Counted from the stretch's first letter, positions 28,273 through 38,767 are shown. The stretch: DNA of 64,000 bases from an uncultured Pseudomonadota bacterium (GCA_963770835.1 CAVYRH010000026.1:608001-672000); one strand, 5' to 3'. A program made the numbers and translations. Notes: generated by a model from the sequence alone, not told the origin.

Positions 28273-28977
28273 ATGTCGGAAACTCTCGTCAACATGGGAA
28301 TGATTTTGGCCGGTTCCATTCTCGGTATTTTTCTGCAAAAAAAGCTACCCGCCGCTTTCCAGGAGCGCGCCTACCGGATCACCGGATTCTTCATTTTGTT
28401 GATCGGCCTGCGGATATTCCTGAAGTACCACCAGCCTGTCCTGGTCCTGGCCAGCTTGTACCTGGGAGCCGGACTGGGGGTTTGGTGGAAATTGTCGGCC
28501 CATATCACCCGTGTGGGCGGCTTCTTCCTGAAGTTCCTGCTGGAAAAAAAGATTTTCTTCCCATCGCCGTCCCCTTTCGAGGATGGGTTCGTCCCCGCCA
28601 GCCTTCTTTTCTGCGTGGGCACCCTCGCGGTCGTGGCGGGTTTCCCCGGCGCGACGGGCCATCCCCTTTGGTCCGTGAAGCTGGCCCTGGTTTTCCTGCC
28701 CGGCCTCATCCTTGCCGCGACCCTGGGATGGGGGGTGGTCTTCTCCATCGTAAGCGTTTTTCTCTTCCAGGCCTTCCTCAGCCTGTCGGGCGACCCCGTG
28801 CAATCTTTTTTCATCGACAACATCGTCTCTGATTTAACCGCCGTGGGCGGGGTTCTCATCGCCTTCTGGGGCCTGAAGCTGTCAAAACTGACCACCGTTT
28901 CGCCCTCCGATTTCCTGCCGGCGCTGTTGGTGTCGCCCCTGCTGGGCTGGATTTATTATTCCCTCCTCAAAGCCTGA
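28273..28977 (+). CDS. DUF554 (YdfK-like) membrane protein
   Basis: TLVNMGMILAGSILG, GFVPASLLFCVG; RBS AAGGAGG. Confidence 0.85.
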   Translation: MSETLVNMGMILAGSILGIFLQKKLPAAFQERAYRITGFFILLIGLRIFLKYHQPVLVLASLYLGAGLGVWWKLSAHITRVGGFFLKFLLEKKIFFPSPSPFEDGFVPASLLFCVGTLAVVAGFPGATGHPLWSVKLALVFLPGLILAATLGWGVVFSIVSVFLFQAFLSLSGDPVQSFFIDNIVSDLTAVGGVLIAFWGLKLSKLTTVSPSDFLPALLVSPLLGWIYYSLLKA

Positions 28978-29090
28978 GGGGATTTCGGGAAAAGGGCCCT
29001 GCCTCGATTACACTTTCAGATAAGGCAAAGTGTAAAATAAAGCCCGGCCGCGTTTGTTTTTCGATAACCGGGCCAAAAGGAACATCAACC

Positions 29091-29552
29091 TTGTCCGTCA
29101 CCTATACCGACGCTTCACCCCGGGATCCGATCACCCTGAAATCCCCCCTGATCTTCCTGGTTTCGACCCTGGGTTTCGGGTTTCTTTTCACCCTGCCCGT
29201 TTTCTGGGACTACCAGTACTACCAAAAGGCCTTGCCTTACCAGGCCTATGTCTTATACGACAGCCCCCATTACTCCAAAGGCTCGGTGGATTATTACGAA
29301 CTCCACGTCCAATACCAGCCGCCCCAACAGGCCGTCCGGCAGGCGGCCCTGCGGACCGACAAGGACTACCCCACCGGCCAAATGATGCCCATCGTCTACG
29401 ACCCCAACCGGGGCGGGGAGTGCCGGGAGTACAAACCCAAGATGAGCTTTGGGAGCGAGGTCTTTCCCGCTTTCCTGGTCCGCTCCTTGATCGCCGCGGT
29501 TTTAACCCTTCTTTTCGAGGCCAAGGCCTGGTTGCGGAAACTCCGGGGGTAA
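29091..29552 (+). CDS. Two-TM hypothetical protein
   Basis: TM-loop-TM layout with PIVYDP. Confidence 0.6.
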   Translation: MSVTYTDASPRDPITLKSPLIFLVSTLGFGFLFTLPVFWDYQYYQKALPYQAYVLYDSPHYSKGSVDYYELHVQYQPPQQAVRQAALRTDKDYPTGQMMPIVYDPNRGGECREYKPKMSFGSEVFPAFLVRSLIAAVLTLLFEAKAWLRKLRG

Positions 29553-29704
29553 TCAAAAAGCCCTTTCGGGGCCTGTACCCGTAACGAATAACTCCCCTAG
29601 TGGTATATATATAGAACAAGGGGATTCGCCTATCTTTCAAGAATCCCCAACGGGTAAAATCAACCCCCAATCCGGGCGATCCGCCGCCTTCCGAGGAACA
29701 CCGC

Positions 29705-30991
29705 ATGAAGCCGTTCAAATTAATCGGGGCCCTGGCCCTTCCGGCCCTTTTCCTTTGGCCCTCCCCCGTCTTTTCCCAATGCACCCCCCAGTCGGCCAAC
29801 ATACTCGTTTCGGGCGACGACAACAGCTACGTCTGGATCAACGGGACCGCCGTGGGCCCCGTCCCCGTTCTCTACTGCGGGGGAAGCTGCGTGCCGACGC
29901 CCATCCAGGTGCCCACCACGGTGTTCAACCAGGGGCAAAGCGTGCTGGTGGCGGTGGAGACGGACAATATCAACCCCACCGAAACCTTCAGCGCCTGGTC
30001 GCTGGAAATCAATTGCGTGGGCGGGTTCAATTGGGTGATCTCCAGCCAAAGTTATCCGGCGATTCCCATGTATTACGACCCCAACGGCGGCATGGCCGCC
30101 ACCTGCGCGGGGCAAGCACCCCCGCCGCTGGACGGGGCCTCGAATCCCTGGACGGCCTTCACCTATAACCCGGCCTCCAACCCCTTCGCCCCGACCGGGG
30201 TGCCGGTGACCGGCACCCAATTTGCCGCCACCATCTTTAACCAGGTTACCGGGGCACCCATTCCCCCGGTGTCCTACGCCGCTTCCGGATACGTGTCCAC
30301 CAGCTGCGGCGCCCTTTATTGGAGGGAACTGGCCGTGATCCCCACGCCGACCCAAACGCCGACCCTGACCCCCAGTTCCACCCCCACTCTCACCGCCACC
30401 CTCACGCCTTCCTCCACGCCCACCTTCAGCCCCACGCCGACCTATTCGCCGACCCCGAGTTTCACCCCGACCATCACTTATACCCCGACCCTCACCCCGA
30501 CCCCCACCAACACCTTCACGCCCACGGACAGCTTTACGCCTTCCTCCACCCCCACCAAAACCTGCACCTTCACCCCGACTTCCACCCCGACGGTCACCTT
30601 TACCCATACCTCGACCTTCACCCCCACCAACACTCCCACGCCCAGCTTCACGCCGACTCCTTGCGGTTATCCCGGCAATACCTGCACCCCCACCCCGACA
30701 CCCGTGGAAGAATTCAACGTCTCCCTGAACGTCCTGCGCCCTTCCCAAGGCGGGGTCACCATCACGGTCGCCAGCGCTGTTTTTCCGGGGGAACTTTCCC
30801 TGATGATCTATAACTCCGCCGGGGAACACATCAAAACGCTCCTCTCGGAGACCCTGACGAATTCCATCCTGCAAACCGTCGTTTGGGACGGGACCAACAA
30901 ATACGGCGCGCCCTGCGCCAGCGGGGTTTACCTGATCTATTACCGGGAGCCCTTCGCGGTGCAAATGAAGAAGATTTTATTGGTACGGTAG
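29705..30991 (+). CDS. Secreted Pro/Thr-repeat protein with C-terminal FlgD-Ig-like domain
   Basis: Signal peptide, (TPT)n tract, [22 protein letters not shown]. Confidence 0.85.
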   Translation: MKPFKLIGALALPALFLWPSPVFSQCTPQSANILVSGDDNSYVWINGTAVGPVPVLYCGGSCVPTPIQVPTTVFNQGQSVLVAVETDNINPTETFSAWSLEINCVGGFNWVISSQSYPAIPMYYDPNGGMAATCAGQAPPPLDGASNPWTAFTYNPASNPFAPTGVPVTGTQFAATIFNQVTGAPIPPVSYAASGYVSTSCGALYWRELAVIPTPTQTPTLTPSSTPTLTATLTPSSTPTFSPTPTYSPTPSFTPTITYTPTLTPTPTNTFTPTDSFTPSSTPTKTCTFTPTSTPTVTFTHTSTFTPTNTPTPSFTPTPCGYPGNTCTPTPTPVEEFNVSLNVLRPSQGGVTITVASAVFPGELSLMIYNSAGEHIKTLLSETLTNSILQTVVWDGTNKYGAPCASGVYLIYYREPFAVQMKKILLVR

Positions 30992-31376
30992 GCAAGCGAG
31001 CGGGGTAGGAATATTTTGGTTTGCCTGAAAATCCCTCTTAAGACGCCGTTAAACCGCTTTTGGGAAACGCAACTTTTGCCTTTGAATCCCGACCCGGGTC
31101 CTTCAAATGACCAGCCTTTTGAAATTGATTTTAGCCCGCCCGGTTTTACCCGCCATAAAATGGCTGGAAATTTTTTAGTTGTTCGTTAATCCCACCTCTC
31201 AATTGACGTTTGACGGGGTGGGTATGAAATCTTCCACCTTTCGCACCGATGGGGTTTGATTTTCCGGAAAAGAAAGTCCAATAATTTTTAATAAGGCAAG
31301 TTATTTGCCCGCGGGAAAAAACCTCCCGGATGCGCTTCCGGCGTCAAAGCAGACCATCCGTCGCATCGAGGTGAAC

Positions 31377-32777
31377 ATGAAGAGAATCCTCGCCGTGGAC
31401 GATAACAAAGCCGAATGCTTTCTGTTGGAGTTGGCGCTGGGAAAAGCCCTGGGCTACGAAGTGCTGACGGCGGCCAGCGGCCGGTCGGCCCTCGACCAAG
31501 TCGCCCGGTACTCCCCCGACGCGGTCATCCTGGACCTCTTCCTGCCCGACATCAGCGGCCTGGAGGTGCTCAAGGAGCTCAAGAAATCCCGGCCCAGCCT
31601 GCCTGTCATCATGCTCACGGGCCTTGCGGACATTCCGAAGGCCGTGGAAGCCATCCAGATGGGGGCCGATAATTTCCTCACCAAGCCCTTCGAGAACGAC
31701 CACTTGCTCGTGATCCTCCGCCACGCGGTCGAGCAAAACGACCTGCTCCAGGAGGTGTCGGCCCTGCGGCGAAAGGCGGGGAGGATTGGGCCCGCCCTTT
31801 CCAGCATGGCGGGCCGCAGCCCCGCCATCCAGGAGGTGGTCGGGCTCATCCACAAATTGGCCGATTCCAACCTGACCGTGCTGGTCCAGGGCGAGACCGG
31901 GACCGGCAAGGAGCCGGCGGCCCGGGCCCTTCACGAGGAAAGCTCCCGCCGGGACGGGCCCTTCGTGGCGGTGGATTGCGGGGCGCTGCCGGAAAACCTT
32001 TTGGAATCCGAACTTTTCGGCCATGAAAGGGGCGCTTTCAGCGGGGCTGACCGCCGCAAACCGGGGCAGTTTGAATTGGCTACGGGCGGCACCCTTTTCC
32101 TGGACGAAATCGGGAACCTGTCCCTCGCCTTGCAGGCCAAGCTCTTGAGGGTGCTGCAGGAGCGCCAGGTGCGGCCGGTGGGGGCGGTCAAGGCCTTCGC
32201 CGTGGACGCCCGCATCATCGCCGCCACCAACACACCGCTGGAAGGGGCCGCCAAATCGGGCCACTTCCGCCAGGACCTTTATTACCGGCTGGCCGAATGC
32301 ACCCTGCAACTGCCCCCCCTGCGCAACCGCCGGGAGGACATCGCCCCGCTGGCGCAAAGGTTCCGCGAGGAGGCCTGCCGAGAATTCCAAAAGCCGGTAA
32401 CGGCCCTCTCGGAAAAAGCCCTGGCCCTGCTGGAGGCCCACACCTGGCCCGGAAATGTCCGGGAACTGCGCAACGTCCTGCGCCAGGGCGTATTGCTGAC
32501 GCCCGATTCCACCATCCACGGGGAACAGATAAGGGCCCTGTTGGGGGCCCCGGGCAGCCTGGAGGCGCCCGGCCCGCTGGAAGTGCCCTTGCTTCCCGGC
32601 ATGCCGCTGCGCAGGATCGTGGAGGGCGCCGCGGAGCAGGTTGAAAAACAAGTCATCTCGAATGTCCTGCGTTCCACCCGGGGCAACAAAAGCCAGGCGG
32701 CCAAGGCCCTGGACGTGGACTACAAAACCCTCCGGCTGAAGATCAAGAAATACAGTTTGCAAGACGCCCAGGACTGA
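31377..32777 (+). CDS. Sigma54-dependent response regulator (NtrC/AtoC family)
   Basis: REC (VDD, LDLFLP, K), GETGTGKE, ESELFGHERGAFSGA, LFLDEIG, WPGNVRELRN, Fis-type HTH. Confidence 0.95.
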   Translation: MKRILAVDDNKAECFLLELALGKALGYEVLTAASGRSALDQVARYSPDAVILDLFLPDISGLEVLKELKKSRPSLPVIMLTGLADIPKAVEAIQMGADNFLTKPFENDHLLVILRHAVEQNDLLQEVSALRRKAGRIGPALSSMAGRSPAIQEVVGLIHKLADSNLTVLVQGETGTGKEPAARALHEESSRRDGPFVAVDCGALPENLLESELFGHERGAFSGADRRKPGQFELATGGTLFLDEIGNLSLALQAKLLRVLQERQVRPVGAVKAFAVDARIIAATNTPLEGAAKSGHFRQDLYYRLAECTLQLPPLRNRREDIAPLAQRFREEACREFQKPVTALSEKALALLEAHTWPGNVRELRNVLRQGVLLTPDSTIHGEQIRALLGAPGSLEAPGPLEVPLLPGMPLRRIVEGAAEQVEKQVISNVLRSTRGNKSQAAKALDVDYKTLRLKIKKYSLQDAQD

Positions 32778-32905
32778 TTTTCCCCCGATATCCTTTTTAG
32801 TTTTTCCTTGAACCACCGGGCGCTGGCGCACGGGCGCTGGCGCCCGAACGCCCGAATCTTGCCCACTCTTTCCCCGCAAAACCCTTTTTTCCCGGCATCC
32901 CGTCC

Positions 32906-32921
32906 TGGCATTCCGGTTGCA
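32906..32921 (+). promoter_or_regulatory. Sigma54 -24/-12 promoter
   Basis: TGGCA-ttccgg-TTGCA with GG-N10-GC spacing, about 170 bp upstream of 33093. Confidence 0.7.
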
Positions 32922-33092
32922 ATCAAGAAAATTGTATCCCGCGAAGGGACGATTTTAAGCCCTGGGAAGGGCGCTGGGAAAAAGGACTAAGGCGGTAATT
33001 CCCACCAGCCCCCAGGGCAAACCATTTCACCCATTGTTCCCGGAAGTTATCCGCCAATTATTCCGGAACAATCCAACTTAAAGGAGCAAGAC

Positions 33093-34877
33093 ATGAAGAA
33101 TTTTTTTAAGGTGAGCGGCATGGTAGGCGGTCTATTGGCCTTATTCATCAGCGCCGTCGTGTTGATGACGGGCTGCCAGCAGGCCAGCAACCCGGTTTCC
33201 AGCACCCAATCCCAGATGGGGCCTAGCGGGCAAGCAGGAGGAGCCATGCCGACCGCGACTGCGGACACGAAATCCTCGTCCCTTTTGGGCCTCCTCGGCC
33301 CTTCCGTGAACTGCACCCAGACTTGTTCCTCGCCCTCCGCCGCCCTGGGGGCCTCGGTCACCTTTACCCTCAACGTGGCCATCTCGGGTGGCACGGCCAC
33401 GGCGTGCCAGATCACGGACGTATTGCCGGCGGGCTTAAGCTATGTCCAGGGCACGGCTACGACGCTTTCGGGCGGGACCTTCACTTGCACGGGGCAGACC
33501 CTGACCTGGGTTTATAACTCGTTGGGGCCCTGCAACTGCGTGATGACCTACGTGGCCAAGGTGGAAAACACGGCCAGCTTGGTGGGATCGATCCTGGCCA
33601 ACACGTCGGTGGTGGCCTGCTCCAACCTGCTGGTGGCCGTCTCCTCCACGGTGAACCTGCTGCTGACGGCCGCGCCGACCTGCACCTTTACGCCGGTCAT
33701 ATCCGCGCCCACCTTCACCTGCACCCCTGCGCCGCCACCGCCCACCAATACTTGCACTCCGGTGCCCCCGACGCCAACCTTCACCTGCGTGCCGCCAACG
33801 GCCACTTTCACCTTCACTTGCGTACCGCCAACGGCCACATTCACCCCAGTGCCTCCGACTTCAACTTTCACCTTTACCTCGACCAATACCTTTACGCCGG
33901 TGCCACCCACGCCCACCTTCACTTCCACCAATACCTTTACGTCAACGAACACCTTTACGCCCATTCCACCGACTAACACGCCGACCTTCACTTTCACGTC
34001 CACCAATACCTCCACGTCGACCAACAGCTTCACGCCTGTTCCGCCGACGAACACGCCTACCTTCACCTCCACGCCGGTGCCGGTCGTGATCCTCTCCAAG
34101 ACCGCCTCCGAGATCGTGGCCTTGACCGGGGACGTGGTGACTTACACCCTCCACCTCAACGTTTCGGGCAGCGCGGCCAACAACGTGAAGGTTACGGACG
34201 TCCTGCCCAGCGGTTGTGATTTCGTGCAGGGGTCCGAGTCGGACAGCCTGGGTGCGGCTTTCAGCGTCTCGGGCTCGACCCTGACCTGGATAATGTCCCA
34301 GGCCGGCCCCTGCAGCTGTTCCATGATCTACCAGGTCAAGGTGAACGGCCTGGCCGCAGTGGGGGCCGTGATGGCCAACACGGCGACCCTCGTCAGCTCC
34401 AGCCTGCCTTCGCCGGTGTCCTGCCTGTGCAACGTGACGATGGGAGCCCCGCCGGTACCCACCTCGACGCCCATCCCCATCCCGACCATCACCCTGGGCC
34501 AGGTTTGTTCCCCGGCATCAGCGGCCCTGGGCGCGGCGGTGACCTATACCCTCAACCTGGGCGTCACGGGGTGCAGCTGTTCGGCCAACAACGTGACTAT
34601 CCAGGACGTTTTGCCCGCCGGATTGACTTACGTGCAGGGAACGGCCACGACCCTGGCGGGCGGGACTTTCAGCGCCTCGGGGCAGACGCTCAGCTGGGTT
34701 TACAACTCGGTGGGGCCCTGCAGCTGCACCATGACCTATGTGGCACAGGTGGACAACAGCCTCACCGGCCTGATCGGGGAGACACTGGGGAACACCGCGG
34801 TCCTGAGTTGCCCCAGCCTGTCTTCGTCCCTGTCAGCCTTGGCCAATTTGCAGGTGACGGGGTTGCTGGGATTGTAA
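33093..34877 (+). CDS. Cys-rich lipoprotein with three DUF11-like domains and a Pro/Thr linker
   Basis: MTGC lipobox; three copies of VT(F/Y)TL..DVLPxGxx(Y/F)VQG. Confidence 0.85.
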   Translation: MKNFFKVSGMVGGLLALFISAVVLMTGCQQASNPVSSTQSQMGPSGQAGGAMPTATADTKSSSLLGLLGPSVNCTQTCSSPSAALGASVTFTLNVAISGGTATACQITDVLPAGLSYVQGTATTLSGGTFTCTGQTLTWVYNSLGPCNCVMTYVAKVENTASLVGSILANTSVVACSNLLVAVSSTVNLLLTAAPTCTFTPVISAPTFTCTPAPPPPTNTCTPVPPTPTFTCVPPTATFTFTCVPPTATFTPVPPTSTFTFTSTNTFTPVPPTPTFTSTNTFTSTNTFTPIPPTNTPTFTFTSTNTSTSTNSFTPVPPTNTPTFTSTPVPVVILSKTASEIVALTGDVVTYTLHLNVSGSAANNVKVTDVLPSGCDFVQGSESDSLGAAFSVSGSTLTWIMSQAGPCSCSMIYQVKVNGLAAVGAVMANTATLVSSSLPSPVSCLCNVTMGAPPVPTSTPIPIPTITLGQVCSPASAALGAAVTYTLNLGVTGCSCSANNVTIQDVLPAGLTYVQGTATTLAGGTFSASGQTLSWVYNSVGPCSCTMTYVAQVDNSLTGLIGETLGNTAVLSCPSLSSSLSALANLQVTGLLGL

Positions 34878-34925
34878 ATTTAAAAAACCGGCCTTTGGGC
34901 CGCCACCCCTATATGGGGGATGATG

Positions 34926-34959
34926 AAGCCGGACCCCTTTGGGGGTCCGGCTTTTTTTT
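34926..34959 (+). terminator. Rho-independent terminator
   Basis: AAGCCGGACCCC-tttg-GGGGTCCGGCTT followed by a T-run. Confidence 0.85.
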
Positions 34960-35152
34960 GACGGGGCCGGTTTTCGACGCATTTCGGAGCTGGGTTCTTT
35001 CGAGAGCGGCGGTCCCGGGGGTGGGTTAGGTCCATGGGAGCGCCAAGTATAATAATTTTCCAGTTGATTCGTTCCGCCACAAGGCTGTAGACAGGATGAA
35101 ATCCATTCCAGCGACCGGTTCAAAACCGCGTCCTGATTCGTAAGGGGAACCC

Positions 35153-36424
35153 CTGAGTCCTGAAAATTCCTTAGAAACACTCGAGCAATCCGAGGCCAAT
35201 GGCGCGGGGCTGCCCCCTTCCACGGGCTGGCACCGGACTTTTTCCGCCTTACGCAATCCCAATTACCGGTATTTTTACATCGGACAAAGTGTTTCGCTGA
35301 TCGGAACCTGGACCCGCACCGCCGCTCTCGGCTGGGTTGCCTTCCAATTCAGCCATTCAGAATTCCTTTTGGGTCTGGTTTTCATGCTCAACTCGCTTCC
35401 CTTGTTCCTTTTCGCCATTTACGCCGGGTCCCTGGCTGACCGGATCCCGAAAATCAGGATTTTCACATGGACGAGCTGGTTTTCGATGCTGTCGTCCATG
35501 GGCCTGGCTTTCCTGTTGTTCCACGGGCCGGTTCACATCGGGGTGCTCATGGTCTTCGCCTTGCTTTGGGGGTTGTCCACCACCTTTGAGATGCCCTCCC
35601 GGCAGAGCCTCATGGTGGAACTGGTGGGAAAAAAGGACCTGGTGAACGGCATCGCGCTCAACAGCGCCATGGTGAATTCAACCCGGGTAATCGGCCCCGC
35701 CATCGGGGGACTTTTGTTGGCTTCCGTCGGGGCGGGCTGGTGCTTTCTCCTGGATGCCCTGAGTTATTTCGCGGTCCTTTACGCAATCCATAAAATCCGG
35801 CTTCCGGAATCGCATTACGCCCCCAAAAAGGTGAAAGCCGACTTGAAATACACTTTGGAAGGTTTCAAGTATTTAAAAACAAATCCCACCCTCGCCCAAG
35901 CGGTCGTCCTGCTTTTTGTCATGGGGCTGGGGGGCTGGGCCTATCAATCCCAGCTCTCCGCCTTCGTGGTCACCCGATTGCACATGGACGCCCAAGGCTA
36001 CGGCTGGCTCCTGGCCTTGAACGGCCTGGGCGCCTGCACCGCCGCCCTCTTCGTGGCCACCCAGGGGGTCCGCATTGTGCGCGCCAAAACGCTTTATATA
36101 GGCGGGGGGATTTACGGGGTTTCCATCATTCTTTTCGGCCTCATGCGTCAACCGGTGGGCGCGGCCTTCCTGCTTTTCTTCGCCGGGTTCGGCATCATTT
36201 TGTTTTTTTCCATCGGGAACAGCCTCATCCAAACCCAATCCCCGGACCACCTGAGGGGAAGGCTGATGGGCATTTGGGCCCTGGTCTTCGGGGGCGGCAT
36301 GCCGGCCGGCAGTTTCTGGATGGGCTTTTTGGCCTCCCATACTTCCTCGGGTTTTTCACTGCAAATGGGCGGGCTTTTTTGCCTGGTGGGCGCCCTGGCG
36401 GTTCACCAGTTTTTCAAAAAATAA
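35153..36424 (+). CDS. MFS transporter (probable CTG start)
   Basis: Frame open from the TAA at 35141; FSALRNPNYRYFYIGQSVSLIGTW lies upstream of the first standard start; GSLADRIPK and PDHLRGR motifs. Confidence 0.9.
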   Translation: MSPENSLETLEQSEANGAGLPPSTGWHRTFSALRNPNYRYFYIGQSVSLIGTWTRTAALGWVAFQFSHSEFLLGLVFMLNSLPLFLFAIYAGSLADRIPKIRIFTWTSWFSMLSSMGLAFLLFHGPVHIGVLMVFALLWGLSTTFEMPSRQSLMVELVGKKDLVNGIALNSAMVNSTRVIGPAIGGLLLASVGAGWCFLLDALSYFAVLYAIHKIRLPESHYAPKKVKADLKYTLEGFKYLKTNPTLAQAVVLLFVMGLGGWAYQSQLSAFVVTRLHMDAQGYGWLLALNGLGACTAALFVATQGVRIVRAKTLYIGGGIYGVSIILFGLMRQPVGAAFLLFFAGFGIILFFSIGNSLIQTQSPDHLRGRLMGIWALVFGGGMPAGSFWMGFLASHTSSGFSLQMGGLFCLVGALAVHQFFKK

Positions 36425-36470
36425 CATCACCCCGCCGGATTTGTTTTGCCTGGAAATCCCGCGTTTAGGT

Positions 36471-36530
36471 GAAACAAAAAGAACCCGACTTGGGAAGCAA
36501 GCCGGGTTCTTTTGCTTTTTATGCGAACCG
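36471..36530. repeat. Oriented hairpin repeat R9 / bidirectional terminator
   Basis: AAAAAGAACCCGACTTG-ggaag-CAAGCCGGGTTCTTTTGCTTTTTATGCG between convergent genes. Confidence 0.85.
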
Positions 36531-36551
36531 TTTTAACGGCTCAAGGCAAAA

Positions 36552-37163
36552 TTAGTTTTGAGTGGTTGGAGCCGCGGGGGTGGATTCCACGGGAGTGGAA
36601 TCGGCCGCAGGAGCGGCGGCCGGCTTTTTCGACCCGCCGTCGATGATGATGACCTTCGACATCTTATCCCCGACTTGGATTTCCTCCACGTAATCCATCC
36701 CTTTCACTACCTGGCCGAATACGGCGTACTTGCCGTCCAAGGCCGGTTGGGCGTCCAGGCAGATGTAGAACTGGCTTCCCGCCGAATCGGGCTCGTTCGT
36801 GCGGGCCATGGCCACCGCGCCCTTCACGTGCGTCTGGGGGTTATTCACGCCGTTTTCCGAAAACTCGCCCTTGATGGTGTAGCCGGGGCCTCCGCTTCCG
36901 TCACCGTTCGGATCCCCTCCCTGCGCCACAAAACCCGGAACCACGCGGTGGAAGGCAAGACCGTTATAGAAGCCTTTTTTCGCCAGCTTGATGAAATTGG
37001 CCACGCTTAAGGGGGCGTCCTGGGGATAAAACTTAATAATAATCTCCCCGCCCTTGGCCAGCTTGATGATAGCGCGGGTATTGCTGTCGGCGTCCTTCGC
37101 CCAAAGCCTGGAACCCGCCAGGCAAAATATCAGCAACATCCCGAAGATCAACGCTCGTTTCAT
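36552..37163 (-). CDS. Exported cyclophilin-type peptidyl-prolyl isomerase
   Basis: FYNGLAFHRVVPGFVAQGGDP, GAVAMAR, SAGSQFYI, YAVFGQV. Confidence 0.95.
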   Translation of the reverse strand: MKRALIFGMLLIFCLAGSRLWAKDADSNTRAIIKLAKGGEIIIKFYPQDAPLSVANFIKLAKKGFYNGLAFHRVVPGFVAQGGDPNGDGSGGPGYTIKGEFSENGVNNPQTHVKGAVAMARTNEPDSAGSQFYICLDAQPALDGKYAVFGQVVKGMDYVEEIQVGDKMSKVIIIDGGSKKPAAAPAADSTPVESTPAAPTTQN

Positions 37164-37306
37164 GGTGCCTCTCCTTGAGAATGGTTAAAAACCCGCCGAA
37201 TTCAACCAAGGCAAGATAAATCCTAGCCGGATTTTCGGCAAGACCTTCCTGGCAAAAGCCGGGGCTTTGTCTTTACCGGGAACCACCGCCCTTTGTTTCC
37301 ACGCCC

Positions 37307-37852
37307 TCAAGACCCTGTTTGGGCTCGGGCCTCCTGGAGGTCTTTGGCGAGGGCCTCATAAGACCAATAACCCTCGTAGCGGAATCCGTTGATGAAATAG
37401 GCCGGGGTGGTGCTGACCTTGCTCTCCACGGCACCCCGGAAATCCCCCATAATCCTTTCCACCACGCCCGGGCTGTTCATGTCCCCCACGAAAACCGCAT
37501 CTTCCAGTCCCAATTGGCGGGCATAGCCCCGGAGGCTTTCCAGGTCCAGCTTTTCCTGGTTCATATAAAGAAGGTCGTGCATCTCCCAGAATTTTCCCCC
37601 CAGGGCCGCGGCCTCGGCCGCCTTGGCGGCGTTCCATGCGTCTGGATGGACCTCGGAGTTGGGGAAATTGCGGTGGACGAAACGTAATTCCCCGCCGAAT
37701 TCCACCTGGATCTTCTTCACCGAATCGAAGGCTAGCCGGCAATAAGAACATTGAAAGTCACCGTATTGCAAAAGGGTAAGGGCGGCCCCCTCCCCGCCAT
37801 GGGAGTGGTCCGATTCGGAGACCGGGATTTTTAAAGGGACGGCCGTTATCAT
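37307..37852 (-). CDS. DsbA/thioredoxin-fold protein
   Basis: YGDFQCSYC, RNFP, GKFWEMHD, TTPAYFING. Confidence 0.9.
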   Translation of the reverse strand: MITAVPLKIPVSESDHSHGGEGAALTLLQYGDFQCSYCRLAFDSVKKIQVEFGGELRFVHRNFPNSEVHPDAWNAAKAAEAAALGGKFWEMHDLLYMNQEKLDLESLRGYARQLGLEDAVFVGDMNSPGVVERIMGDFRGAVESKVSTTPAYFINGFRYEGYWSYEALAKDLQEARAQTGS

Positions 37853-37934
37853 TTTGGAATTTTACCGGGTGTTTGTTTAAAAACCAATCATCTATTCCTC
37901 ATCTTGATCTTGCTTTTCCGGACAACGCTTCGGC

Positions 37935-38393
37935 ATGCTACCGCAAGCCGTTCCTATCACCGCCCCAACGGAGGCCCCCTTGAAGACCGAATATACCGCC
38001 GTCGCGACAGCCCATGGAGGCCGCTCCGGCCACGTCCACTCCCTGGACGGGATATTGGATTTGGACTTAAAAAGGCCGAAGGAAATGGGAGGGCCCGGCG
38101 GGGGTTCCAATCCCGAACAGCTTTTCGCGGCAGGCTACGCCGCCTGCTTCGAGAGCGCCTTCCGCAGCATCGGGGCCAAGCAAATGAAACACCTCCGGGA
38201 CGCGGATATGATGGCTAAGGTCAGCTTCAACACCGATGAGGCGGGGGGCCATTTCCTGTCGGTGGAGATGCACGGCAAGGCGGAGGGCCTGTCGAAGGAA
38301 GAAACGATGGAATTGATGAACGCCGCCCACCAGATCTGCCCCTACTCCAAGGCCACGAGGGGGAACATCGAAGTGAAGCTTTTCGCCGATTAA
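37935..38393 (+). CDS. ohr: Organic hydroperoxide resistance protein
   Basis: GGRSG, NPEQLFAAGYAACF, AHQICPYSKATRGNI. Confidence 0.93.
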   Translation: MLPQAVPITAPTEAPLKTEYTAVATAHGGRSGHVHSLDGILDLDLKRPKEMGGPGGGSNPEQLFAAGYAACFESAFRSIGAKQMKHLRDADMMAKVSFNTDEAGGHFLSVEMHGKAEGLSKEETMELMNAAHQICPYSKATRGNIEVKLFAD

Positions 38394-38423
38394 CCCAAAA
38401 AACCAAAAGCAAAGGCAATTTGA

Positions 38424-38536
38424 ACCACCAAGGCACCAAGGGCACCAAGAACTAACAAAGACAAAGGAACTATAAAACGATTTTGAAAAAAGTTATTTTG
38501 TTTGGCCTTCCGTGGTGCCCTTGGTGCCTTGGTGGT
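38424..38536. repeat. Perfect 24-bp inverted repeat with an AT-rich spacer (MITE-like)
   Basis: ACCACCAAGGCACCAAGGGCACCA / TGGTGCCCTTGGTGCCTTGGTGGT. Confidence 0.9.
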
Positions 38537-38572
38537 GAAAATGAGATTTTACGTTGTTGAAGGAGGTATGCC

Positions 38573-38767
38573 ATGACCATCAAGCCGTTGCCCGCCAAAT
38601 CTGGATTGCCCCCCGAATACCGCTATGATGCCAACAACGGCCAGACCGAAATCCTCTGGAAATGCCTGCGTTGCGGGGAATTGATGCCGCGCGGCTTAGT
38701 GGTTCCGGATATTTGCCCCTCTTGTGGGGCCCCCAAAACCGAATTCGTCCTGCTAGGGGAGGATTAA
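38573..38767 (+). CDS. Rubredoxin-like metal-binding small protein
   Basis: WKCLRCG..PDICPSCGAPKTEF; RBS AGGAGG. Confidence 0.8.
   Translation: MTIKPLPAKSGLPPEYRYDANNGQTEILWKCLRCGELMPRGLVVPDICPSCGAPKTEFVLLGED

Noticed and set aside
29720..30964. 414-aa Gly/Arg-rich minus-strand ORF
   Set aside because: Shadow of the Pro/Thr-repeat gene
31078..31106. TTTGAATCCCGACCCGGGTCC as a tRNA 3' remnant
   Set aside because: No cloverleaf, canonical T-loop or CCA
31344..32879. 511-aa minus-strand ORF
   Set aside because: Antisense shadow of the clear NtrC-family gene in high-GC DNA
32940..33060. c-di-GMP-I riboswitch (GGGCAAACC)
   Set aside because: The GAAA tetraloop and downstream GCAAAGC elements are absent
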